Below, in pieces: positions 24,344 to 36,125 of a stretch of 64,000 nucleotides of DNA. Where the stretch lies: NCBI RefSeq assembly GCF_006345805.1, contig NC_042997.1, forward strand, positions 61,690,001 to 61,754,000. The letters are read 5' to 3'. Numbering within the stretch: position 1 is the first letter of the stretch; each line of letters begins with the position of its first letter. Source of the DNA: Octopus sinensis (lineage: Eukaryota). The notes under the pieces were generated by a model that was given only the letters and a program-made list of their open reading frames with translations, was not told where the DNA came from and did no database searches. A program made the position numbers and the translations under genes.

Positions 24344-24404
24344 TGATGATGATGATGAGAAAGAAATGGAGAGGGGAGAAAAAAGTAAGAAAACGAGATA
24401 GAAA

Positions 24405-24437
<33 letters not shown>

Positions 24438-24441
24438 AGGA

Positions 24442-24485
<44 letters not shown>

Positions 24486-24580
24486 AAAAGAATGAAAGAA
24501 AGAAAGAAAGAGAAATAATAAGAGGGAAATGAGAACGGATAAAGGGAGAGAGAGAAGGTGAAGGAGAGAGAGAGAGATTA
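24292..24580. repeat. Compound (GAC/GAT)n, (AAAG)n, (AG)n microsatellite
   Basis: Direct reading. Confidence 0.95.
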
Positions 24581-25349
24581 AAGAAGGGAAAAAGTGACTA
24601 AGTCAAACGACTTTTCTGAATAGATGTATACTTCCAGTTCTGTCGACACATACTCTGACAGACACATTCAAGGACACATATAGAAATACTTATAGCAAAG
24701 TACTAATAGACATATATATCAACAAAATTCTAAATCTGTCTGAAATTTGAGTCAAATTATAGAACGACCTTTAACGCTGGGTTTTTAAAATATATTTTGT
24801 TTCATTTACATGTTGTTACTGATGCACTGGAAAAGGGTTTCATAGTGTCGTTTAAAATTACTAGTGTCAGACTATCAGATTAGGATCGTTTGTGAGCTTC
24901 AGCTATACATGTAAAATGAGATTTCGTGTATTTGTACGTATGCATACGAGGATGTATGCATGACAATCATTGGGATAAAAAAAATACCCATGGACGCCTT
25001 CTGCCTAAAAACTTGATGGTAAAGTGGACTCAAGTACATTTGATGAAGTAAACCAGGTTTTTTTTCTTCTTTTTATGAATTAAAATCAGACCAGACAATT
25101 TTTTACTCGTGAGAATAATTAATAATAACTAATTGAGAAAGAAATAAAATACGAAGATACGTTGGGTAGGAGAAAGTGGAAAATTTTAATTGATTAAAAT
25201 AAATTAAATATAGAATGGAATTGGGGTGAGTTTCTTCTTTCGTATGTTTGTGCCCAACATGGCCACAGTCTTTGGGCTGAAACGTATAAAAGAATAAGTA
25301 TATGTATAAGGACTTGCCGAAGGTGCCATGCAATCCTACTGCATGACAC

Positions 25350-25416
25350 CTAATGATAAAAGCCTTGTGAGTGAATTTGGTTGACGGAAACTGAAACAAG
25401 GCCATCGTGTGTGTGA

Positions 25417-25494
<78 letters not shown>

Positions 25495-25742
25495 CGTGTA
25501 TGTGTATGTGTGTATGCCTGTGTGTCTTTGTGTCTGTATTTTTCCCCATTGCCGCTTGAAAACCGGTGCTGGTTTGTTTACGGCCCTGTAACATAGTGGT
25601 TCGACAAAAGACACCGATAGGATAAGTACTAAGCTTTTAAAAATATCAAGTACTAGGATCGATTCGTTCGACAAAAATTCTTCGAAATGATGCCTCAGCA
25701 TGGCCTCAGTCTCATGACTGAAACAAGTAAAAGATAAAAGAT
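25350..25742 (+). mobile_element. CORE-like SINE lacking head, expanded internal (TG)n
   Basis: aaagccttgtgagtgaatttggttgacggaaactgaa; tail cagtctcatgactgaaacaagtaaaaga. Confidence 0.8.
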
Positions 25743-25865
25743 TTATCGGGTAGCTGACCTCTATGATTATGCATGATCTTTCTTTTCTATCCCAAACTAC
25801 AATAGCAGACTTCTTATGTTTGTACTTGACGGAAATTTAATGGGAAAGTTCCACTAAAATTTTTG

Positions 25866-26760
25866 ATGTACGTTATTATTAAGTTTTATTTCTAGATCTC
25901 TTGCCAAAGGAGAAAAATCCGTTTTGAAACTGAAGTTCAAAACTCCTTCATTGGAATTTCAGCAACATTAACTGAAAAGTTCTGCATGGTTGTGTGTATG
26001 TGTGTAAGTATTTGACGCAAGTATATGTGCAAGTATGTATGTCTTGTTTTATGTGTGTATACTCATAAATATAGTTGCATGTCTAAACATGTGCACATGT
26101 TCTTATATCTAACACTTTTGGAAAGCTTTATTATATTTTGACAGTTCCATTGATGACTTGTATCTGTAAAATTCTTATTAGTTTTCTCCTTTTTGGTTTT
26201 GAGAGCACTAATCACTCAGGATTGGTGCTGAAGCAGTTTGTTGCATATCCTAGCGCCCCATTAATAACGGGTATAAATCTGAACTTGCAATCCCGGTGGA
26301 GTAGCTGTAAATTTCTCAATAGTTTAGAGTAGGTGTTCTCTTTATCGCTAATCTTTAGCTGTATGTCGACATCCTCTGGAGAACTGATTTCCACGACTGT
26401 ACATAGGTTCTCTTCTTTGGCCGAAATCTTTATGTTTGCATTTTATTGAGGATTTTACTGGGACATTCTTCCTTTGGTTTCAGGATTATCCTTCCGACGG
26501 ATACCATTGTGGTTTCTCGAGCACAATATCATGTCTTATCGGTAGATAATAACGTGAATATATTTTCGAACAGCTGCTTAAAATGTGGGTCATTCCGCCA
26601 TGTCTGCATCGATTATCACATTTCGGTTCTTTGTCTACATCTCTGGTCCTCTTGTGCTTCAGGAACTTGATTGCAATATTCAGTTTCTGGATTGCAAACG
26701 AATACCCATCGAAGTGAAAGTTTGTGACTCGGTTGTTGGTTCACTGTAGCCACATAATCC
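25866..26760 (-). mobile_element. REL-type LINE 3' fragment, (ACAT)n-associated family
   Basis: Minus strand: GYSFAIQ..CDNRCRH..THILSSCSK..YYLPIRHD (CCHC), CTVVEISSPEDVDIQLKISDKENTY..FIPVINGALG (REL). The 3' UTR is homologous to the copy at 31626-32267. Confidence 0.8.
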
Positions 26761-26836
26761 TATGTATGTATGTATGTATGTATGTATGTATGTATGTATG
26801 TATGTATGTATGTATGTATGTATGTATGTATGTATG

Positions 26837-26866
<30 letters not shown>
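26761..26866. repeat. (TATG)n microsatellite
   Basis: Direct reading. Confidence 0.95.
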
Positions 26867-26867
<1 letters not shown>

Positions 26868-27620
26868 CATCCTGTTGAAAGATGTAGTTCGACTTCTTCG
26901 TGATCTTTCTCACCCAAGGCAGGGATCTTGTGGCCAAGATATCCCGGTAGCCAGCCACAGTGAGCTTGTAGCCGGCCGCAAACCATACCGGTAGCATCTT
27001 CTAACCATTCGAAGCAACGACGCCGAGCATCATCATGGAGGCCGGATGCTAGGTCGTGGACACGTAGCGGACTTCGGAGACGTCTTGATCGAAGCTGCCC
27101 ACATGGTCGTTCAGTTGTTGACGACCGGATCGACCCTGACGGTCTTTTCATCAGAAAAAATGAGAATTCAATTGCCATAACACTTCAAATCGTTGAGAAA
27201 GCAACGACAGCGCTTCCGACGTTCTCGCATAAGGTCGGTAGTCATCCGCCTTTCCACGCACCTGAAGCTCTTACTGCCCTCTTCCTTGGCGGCCTTGGAC
27301 ACTGAGATGTTGTTCTTTGCAAGCGCAGTCATTTTGAGCTTCGGATAACTTTCGAAGACCATTCTCACAGCCAAACGGTTGACAGTTTGAGGTCTGCCTG
27401 ATTGAGGTCGATCTTTGAGGTTTTTCCCATTCTTGAGCCTCTCCACAACTTTGTGGACAGTCATCCGGCTGACATTGAGCCGCTTGACGATGTCGGACTT
27501 GTGTCCCGCGCGCAAGAGAGCAGAGGTCTCGATTCTTTTCGCTTCCATTTCTATACACCTGAACACAATGGAAAAGACGTTTTAATGACACGTGCTAGAA
27601 AAGTAGAACTTTAGATATGC
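26867..27620 (-). mobile_element. Tc1/mariner-superfamily transposase remnant, maT (DD37D)-like, truncated at QQD
   Basis: MEAKRIETSALLRAGH..RMTVHKVVERLK..DRPQSGRP (HTH), IFSDEK, HPASMMMLGVVASNG..LPVWF..YRDIL..LPWV..YIFQQD, then (TACA)n. Confidence 0.8.
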
Positions 27621-27704
27621 TTGACGAAACTTCGCGAAAGACCCAAAAGCCGAGTGTAACAAGATTTTTGCAAAGCCCGTTATGCACGTGTATATATATG
27701 CAGG

Positions 27705-27744
<40 letters not shown>

Positions 27745-27989
27745 TGTATCTGGGGAGAGTCATTTTCTTTTACCACCTTATTATTTAACACAAACTCCGG
27801 TTTGATTTCCACTCATTTAGTTATTTATTTTTTCTAAAATTTTCATTGTATATACATACCTACATACATACATACATACATACATACATACATACATACA
27901 TACATACACACACACATATTATATATATGTATGTGTGCGTGTGTGTGTGTGTAAATATGTATATACATGGATATATACATATGTATCTA

Positions 27990-28030
<41 letters not shown>

Positions 28031-28222
28031 ATGCGTGTATGCATGTTTGTATGTATGGATGGATGTATAGATGCATAGATATATATCTATTTTGTATGTA
28101 TATATATTTTAGATACCACTACCATCAAAATACTCTAGTTTAGTTTAAGAGCGAAACATTGTGGGGTGTACTGTAACTCATTGTATAGTTTCCCACCCAC
28201 GAGAGAGAGAGAGAGAGAGAGA

Positions 28223-28251
28223 CTGATGCAGGATGTGTCGAAACGATCGTT
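28223..28251 (+). ncRNA. Degenerate hammerhead remnant at a pLTR-like end
   Basis: ctgatgca-ggatgtgtc-gaa-acgatcgt-t, then aataaa. Palindromic stem III, altered core, 5' stem I replaced by (GA)n. Confidence 0.4.
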
Positions 28252-28747
28252 GTGATAAATAAAGTTTACAGTATGCTCTATCTTTCGCATCCGTTGTTTC
28301 TTTTATACTCAACGTGCACTGAGGATTCCTAACGTGGATCCAGCGACGACTAAGCAATTGCCGTAGATGACGCCAGGCAGCCATAGGCAGTGAACGTGCT
28401 TTGTCGGCATACTACTAAGGACATACCCAACACGCAAATTTTAATTTTAATTTTAAATTATATATGTCTGTGTGTATGGTACTTGTGACGTCACTTCCTT
28501 GTGACGTCAACAACGTAATTCTCGTTAGTAGGAATATAAATTCTGAAAATAAAGTTTCTAAATGCTTTGGTCCAACGCTAAAACGCCTGTCATGTCTATA
28601 GTACATATGGGTTCGAATCCTACATGCATCCATCGTCTTTTTCTATCCAAAATCATTTTTCAGTCCAGTGTTAACACACTATTCTTTACAGCTGTATGTG
28701 ATATTAAACAACCACTATTCAAAAACTAGATATGTGTGTTTGCTTAT

Positions 28748-29112
28748 ATTTTACTTTATTCAGTCATTGGACGACAGCCATGCTAGAGTACCACCTTGAA
28801 GGGTTTTAGTCAACACCCCCCGCCCTGTATTTATTTTTCTCAATTCTGGTACTTATTTAATCGGTTACTTTTGTCGAACCTCTAATCACCGTGAACAAAC
28901 CAACGCTGGTGAAAGACAAACAAACACAATACAAACATGAACACACACACACACACACACATGTGCATATCTTCCCATAAATATATACATATACGACAAT
29001 CTTCTTTCAGTTTCCGTCTACCAAATTCATTCCGAAGGTTGGCCCGAAGTTAAAGCAGAAAACACTTGCCTAATGTGCCACGCAGTGAGACTGAACCCAA
29101 GACCACGCGCCT
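28748..29112 (-). mobile_element. CORE-like SINE, diverged
   Basis: cagtcattggacgacagccatgct tail, cttctttcagtttccgtctacc, cacttgcc, ctgaaccc. Confidence 0.8.
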
Positions 29113-29326
29113 ATATATATATACATATACATATATAGTTGGCGAAACTGCAGTATAAGAAAAGCTAAGTTTGTAAAAGTTTTTAATTTTCATCTCACTA
29201 AATTTATCCAGCTTTTGTGTATCTAGTGCACACTTCGCCTTGAATGTAATTTATATATGAATAATATATGGCGTGTACTGGTACAACGGCGATTATAATT
29301 AATTTTATTGTATCGCATTTATCTTT

Positions 29327-29367
<41 letters not shown>

Positions 29368-30456
29368 GATCAGTTGCATAGCCCTCACTCGCAAGCGCAT
29401 CATCATCATCATCATCACCACTACTCACACACACATGTAATTGTATGTGTGCGCGCGCGCGTTGCATGTGTACGCTTAGAATTGAGAAAATGTTTCACTA
29501 CGTCTTTTGAAAGGTCCGGATTAAGTTATATTAAACCGCATACATGTGTTTCAATAATATTAAAGGAAATAAAATATATAGACGTAACCAGCGACCAAAC
29601 CCAAAATTACTATATCAACAAAATATTTCCCTTTCGAAAAATGAGAAGGAAAGAGTTACAGGAAGTTTTTTTTTAATGTTTTTGTTTAACTATTTAAAAA
29701 AATAACTGTCAACTTTCTTTGACTGACAGCTAGCTAAAATGTAAATGAGAATTTCGTTGCTTAAAAGTGATATAATAATTTGAGCCACTAGTTTATAAAA
29801 TGACATTAAATTAATTTGTCACTGCTGAAGAGTTCTAGAGGAGCTTACATATAATTTTGTAAGTATGTTATTAACTAAAACGAGCGGTAAAAATCTTACG
29901 AGTGTCGAGGCGAAGGATGTTTTTGAGGGGAGATATAGTCATCGATAAGGTCACAGTCTATGACGAAAAGATTTTGAGAGACAAATCGATAAATCCATTG
30001 ATCAATTGGTAATAAAACTGAAGTGAAATATAATCAACGTGTGTACTTTTATTGACAGTATGATCCACCCAAAATGAAATACTATTTAAAGTTGTTGACG
30101 TTTTTTTCAGTGAGTCTAATGACATGTGTGTGTGTGGGTGGGGGGGGGGGTGAGCGTGTGTAAGCCTATACAGAAGAAATAAACAGATTATTAGTGACAG
30201 CAAAAACACTCTTCAATACAAATTGGTCTCAGTCGACGTAAGCGATGAATGCTGCAGCAGCAGCTCGTTCAACAGAACTGCCTACTTAGTAAATTAACGT
30301 GTTGCCACCCGAGTATTGCACAATTCTCAAGAAGACTCGACCTGAGGGAGTGTAACTACACTGTTTTTTTCAATTATAGATACAATACATGCGACGAATT
30401 TCCATACAATTTCTGTCATGTCTATGCAGTTTTACTCACAATGCTTGGATCGATGA

Positions 30457-30556
30457 AGGCGCAGACGTGGCTACGTAAGAAGTTTGCTTCGCAACCAGGT
30501 TCAGTCCCACGGCTTGGCAACTTTGGAAAGTGTTTTATACTATAGCCTTGGGCCTG
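30457..30556 (+). mobile_element. CORE-like SINE 5' fragment
   Basis: aaggcgcagacgtggct..ggttcagtccc..tactatagccttgggcc. Confidence 0.7.
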
Positions 30557-30572
30557 TGTGTGTGTGTGTGTG

Positions 30573-30605
<33 letters not shown>

Positions 30606-31162
30606 CGTGTGTGTGTGTGTGTGTGTGTGCGTGTGAGCGTGCGTCTCTGTGTATATGAGTGTGTGTTTGTCCCCCACCTCTACATGACAAAAGAGACACT
30701 TGCTAAAATATCACACGCTGGTATTGAACCTAGTACCTCTTAGATGCGAAACGAACTTTTCAACTATTCAGCCACGGCATCGTCCGTGCTCTACTAAACA
30801 ACGTGTTTAAAACTGTACTACATGAAATATGGGACAGAGAAGAATTTGAGCTCTTACTTCAGTAAGTCAGTTGGGAATCTTACAAACAAAAATAAATAAG
30901 AAACTTTAAACTTTAAACACTTGCGATTTTAATTAAAAGTCTTTCAAACAAGTCATTCAGACTCCCATCCACAACAAACATGTGTGTGTCTGTTTATATA
31001 CGTGTTCATTTTTTTTCCCCAATGTATGCCTCTATATGTGTATGTGCATATATGTGTGGATATATGTATAAGTATATGAGTGTAGAACTTATCTACCATG
31101 CCTAAAACTTTTGGTTACGTGTCGCACCTTACGACGCATATTTTAAAGCGTACTATATGCGC

Positions 31163-31195
<33 letters not shown>

Positions 31196-31292
31196 TGTGT
31201 GTGTGTGCGTGCGTGTGCGTGTGCGTGTGTGTGTATGTGTGTGTGTGTGTGTGTGTGGTGTGTGTGTGCGTGTATGTGTGTGTGTGTGTGTG

Positions 31293-31558
31293 TGAAGGTG
31301 TGTGGTCTAGTGGACAGAGTGTTGCACTCACGATTACTAAATCGTTGTTTCGATTCTCAGACAGGCGACGCGTTATGTTCTCGAGCGAAACACTCCATTT
31401 CAGCTTGCTCCAGTCATAGAGTTAATTTTGTCTCCATTCGGCAGGAATGTTGGTCTGCTCGGGAAGCCAACAAGGTAACGTCATTCGAAACTAACAACAA
31501 TGCGAGGAAGCGCATTGTAAACGGCGGTGTATAAGAACATCTGATAGTTTGCTCGGCA
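31293..31558 (+). mobile_element. tRNA-derived SINE (family related to 10441-10715)
   Basis: tggtctagtgg A box, gtttcgattc B box, gcgcattgt..aacatctgatag tail, then (CATA)n. Confidence 0.7.
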
Positions 31559-31625
31559 CATACATACATACATACATACATACATACATACATACATACA
31601 TACATACATACATACATACACATAT

Positions 31626-32107
31626 AAGAAATAAGAACCCACAGTATTGTTGAAGCCATAGCCACTCATAATAAAAAAGAGTACTGGTATAATGCTCCAG
31701 TGAAAACCTCAATAAAATGTAAACACAGTAGACCTGATATAATGATTTGAGATAATGAAGAGAAACTGTGTATAGTTGTGGAAATCAGTTGCCTGGCGGA
31801 TGTTAGCATAAAGCTGAAGATCAGTGAAAAAGAGAACACCTTCGTTTAACTATTGAGAAATCTGCAGTTACTCTATCCAGATTACAAGTTCAGGTATATA
31901 CCTATAATTATTGGGGCACTGTGATATGTAAGACACTGCCTAAATAACAATCTTGAGAAATTGGGATTCTCAAAACCAGAAAGGAGAAACCAGATAGGAG
32001 AAAGATTAGATTCAAACCATCACTGGAACTGTAAAAATCTGTAACATTTTCCAGAAGTATATCATCAAAACTAAGACATACAAATCTGCAGGTATACATA
32101 CATGCAT

Positions 32108-32146
<39 letters not shown>

Positions 32147-32267
32147 TAGCCTGTTGATGTTGATATTCCAATGAAAGAGCCTTGGATCTAGGTTAGAAAC
32201 CTGCTCTTTCTCTATTGGCAATAAATTTTGAAATAGAACTGAATAATGACGTACATACTTACATGCA
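31626..32267 (+). mobile_element. REL-type LINE 3' fragment, (ACAT)n-associated family
   Basis: EYWYNAPVKTSIKCKHSRPDIMI*DNEEKLCIVVEISC..KISEKENT..YIPIIIGAL. 3' UTR attccaatgaaagagccttggatctagg..gaataatgacgtacatac. Confidence 0.85.
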
Positions 32268-33621
32268 TTTTTATAAGTACACAATATAAAAAAAATTATT
32301 TCGAGTCAACGGTATCAGTCTCCATGGAAAGAACCTTTACATGGCCGTTTGCCTTGCTAAAAAAAGTCAAACTTACCACATATTACACCATAGAAAGGTA
32401 CATTAGATTGTATAGTCCTAGACACACTATATCTGAATATCAGATAAGATGATCAAGACTGGATTAATTTTAATTAATTTTTGTCTAGTTGCTGTCCATA
32501 CTACTCCTTATAATTATCATACTTCTGCTTTTTTGTTTAAAGGATCGCTGTCGCTTTTCATAATGTTGTATTCCTTGTAAGATAGCAAGGTTTTCATTAA
32601 TTATGTGTTCTTTCATTTTCGAACTTCTACATTTTTGTCTATTACTTCATATTTCTGTAGTTTTAGGGGGGTTGTTTTGTTTTTTCATATTTTTGTAGTG
32701 TTTGCCTTTCTATTTTTTTATTTGTGTCTTTTCGTTAGATGATTTCATTAAGGACAGAGAAATTTTTTAAATTTCTATCATTCTGTGAGTATTTGTTTTC
32801 TACGTTGTTTGCATGGCTTGAGATTTAAAAATAAGTAATTTTGAGAAAATACACACATTTCTGTGGCCGTTGAATAGGTTATTTAGGTTGTTCTAGTGAT
32901 ATTTGTGTTCACATCTATTTTCACGGGGTCTATGACGGCCAAGTTAATGCTTTCCTAATTCCTATTTTATCATTAGATCGATCTCGTTTAGCCAGAAGAC
33001 AGTCCTGGCAAAACAAACCCACAACAATTTGTAGCCCAATTATTGACAGAAGCATAAAAATTTTGAAGGCCGTATACCCTATTATGGTCGACTTTGCCTT
33101 TATCCATGTTTAATTCCTTATTCATTTCAGTGACTATAACTTAGTGCCTAACTATATTGTCTGAACTCCAGTCAGCTGTCGGTGTTGTTGTTCAACTCCA
33201 AGTAAATCTTGATCCAACTGACCTATTATCAAAGGTGTTCCTGCCATGAACATGCGGGCGTTTTTAAGGGTACTTAACTCTTTATTTAATGTGTTCTTTC
33301 GCATTTTTAAGACTATGTTTTGGTTGTTATTTCTAGAGTAGAGTTGGCTTGCAATCTGTTTCATCATCATCATCATCATTATCATCATCATCATCATCAT
33401 CATCATCGACATCGTCGTCATCGTTGTCATCGCCATCAAGTGTACCGTAGCGATCAGGGTCTATAGGCATCTAACAAAGTTTCTTACAAATAAAATGTTT
33501 TGTCTGTTATTTCTAGAGTAAAGAGTCCCTTGTTAGCTTGAAGGCTATCTCATCATCTCATTATTATGCAGTGTACTGTAGTGATCAAAGACCGTTGACA
33601 TCTAACAGAGTTTCTGACAAA

Positions 33622-34755
33622 TATAGGTTGGCAGCTAAGTTACCGCTGTTTTTTTTTAATTTTGGAATTTATTGCGTTTTTAAATTTTGGAATCTATTTT
33701 TTTCGAGAATTCTGTTTTTGAATCATTTTGAAATCTATTAGTTTTTTTTTCCTCGTTAATTTTAGATAATTTTTGTTTATTTTCAGATGATTAAAATGGA
33801 ATGTCAAGTTTAAAAAACCAGCATTTTTGATACCTCCTTCTTTTTGCTTGTCATAAAGTTTTTAAGGCCGCAAAAACTGCTCGCGACATTTGTGCTGTAT
33901 ATAGAGAGGGTACCATAACTGAAAGAACCGCTCGTGATTGGTATGCCAAGTTCAAAAATGAAAGTTTTGACCCCAAAGACGCACCTCGTTCTGGCCGTCC
34001 AGTTGAGTTCGATGAAGAGCGATTAAACCAACTTTTGCACGAAAATTCTCGTCAAATGACAAGGGAACTGACAGAGAAAATGGAATGCTCCTACACTGCT
34101 ATAGAAAAGCATCCTCACTCGATGGGAAAGTTTCAGAAGGATGGAGCATAGGTTTCGCATGCTTTAAGTGACAACACCAAAAATCAGCGAGCCACGATCT
34201 CCGCTGGTTTGCTTGCTCGTCACCGCTCAACTCATGGACGCAAGCAACGATTTCTTTACCGAATCGTTACTGTCGACGGAAAATGGTGCCTGTACAATGA
34301 AGCAGCGTAAGGACTGGCTTAGACCCGGTAAACAAGTGACACTGCGCGTGAAACAAGATCTTCATCCGCGTAAAACGATGTTGTGCGTACGGTGGGACTG
34401 GGAAAGGATTATACATTACGAATTATTTGAAAGGAACCAAACGGTCAACGCGGAACTCTATGTTCAACAGATGGAACGACTCAACGCGGCTATTCAAGAG
34501 TAAAGATCTAATCCGCAGCATGGAATTATTCTGCTACACGACAACGCCCGCCCTCATATCGCCAAAATGACCAAGGAAGCAATTCAAACGCATGGCTGGG
34601 AAGTGCTGCAACACCCACCGTACTCTCCTGATTTGGCACAAACGGATTTCCACCTCTTTCGATCTCTTTCAAATGCTATGCGCGGAGTTTCGTTCAATAC
34701 TGATGCAGAATTGAGAGCTTGGTTGGATCAATTTTTCGAGTCGAAATCGGGTGAT
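33622..34755 (+). mobile_element. Mariner (DD34D) element, decayed, 3'-truncated
   Basis: TIR-like tataggttggcagctaagttaccgc; ATG 33796; ARDICAVY..WYAKFK..DAPRSGRP, RIVTVDGKW, LHPRKTMLCVRWD, LLHDNARPH, HPPYSPDLAQTDFHLFRSL. Confidence 0.92.
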
Positions 34756-35317
34756 TGGAGTGGAGCAAGGTGAAATTAAGTCCCATATCCAAGGATACAA
34801 ACCACCGCCCGGTCCAGTAATCAAACCTACAATCATACGATAGTTGGCCCAACATTCAAACCACAAGGTCACACACCTTCACATGAAATCCGGTGAGTCA
34901 TAGGATATTTGGAAAGTTATGATGCAGAATGGGATGGGTGATAGCTATGAGTCTACTTCCAGAGGGCGACCGAAAAGAGAGTTGGAAAGTTTAGATTATA
35001 AATATGATTTTATTTACTGACTTCCCATTTTGAAAATATTGCATTTGTCAAAGATGCCTTATACTCCTCCCGGATAAGCATAGATCCACTTATCTGTGTA
35101 AACATGCTTTCCTATATCTACTTAAACAGTCAGTCATGTGTTTTCACAGAAATACACCCATCCTATACCTCAAAAGTCCTTTTCCTGAATCATCATCATC
35201 ATCATCATCAAAATCATCACCTCATATTCATCATCATGGTCGCATCGTTGTCATCGTCATGTCGTCGTCGTCGTAACCCTAATCATCAACAAACACTTCT
35301 TGTTCTTCTTATTCTAC

Positions 35318-35379
<62 letters not shown>

Positions 35380-35535
35380 AATAATAATTTGATGTTGTTG
35401 TCACTATATACACACGAGATCAACTTTGACTTCCATCTATTCGGGGTCGATATAATCGACTGACCCTAACTCACTAAAATTGCTAACTTTGTGTCAAAAT
35501 TTGAAAGAAGTGTCGTTATTATTATTATTATCATT

Positions 35536-36090
35536 GAGTAAGAGAGCAGTGCATGCCATCAAAGTGACACTGGCGTAAAATATACGAAGCCCAATATACC
35601 CATTATGACTACCTGTCTGATAAGGATACACTAAGCACATGCATCACAACCATATGTGCACAGCATGGTGATCTCATATCAAGATAAACAGCACATGACC
35701 TTGCAGGTGGGGCCCAGTTAGAATTTTTTTCTGGTCGAGTAGTCCATCCCGCACAAAAAGTCCCTGAATAAGGGTTGTTTAAGGATGTTGAACAAAACAC
35801 CAATGTTTCCAGAGGTGAATTATTCAAACCCCAAAGAATCCCTCTCAACACATGGCTATGATGCTCCCCATTACCTTCGCTCGTGATCAGAGATGCACAT
35901 ATTGTCAGCCATTAAGGGACATGCTCAACTGGTTAAGGTCAAACAACAGACAAGCAAATCTGTGATATTGAGAAGAATATTTGCTGTAGCCCATCTTTTA
36001 TACCAAGACAAAACTATGTACATGATAATACTTCCAATCAGTTTAGATCAGCAGCCACGAGACCCACTGTCAGGTACTGCATCAGGGCAT
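35536..36090. repeat. ~555-bp interspersed repeat, copy 2 (most complete)
   Basis: gagtaagagagcagtgcatgcc...ggtactgcatcagggcat between TTA tracts. Confidence 0.9.
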
Positions 36091-36125
36091 TTATCATTAT
36101 TATTATTATTATTAATATTATTATT

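Noticed and set aside
30705-30785. tRNA-like sequence on the minus strand
   Set aside because: No closed acceptor stem; it is a degraded SINE head, like the other A/B-box hits.
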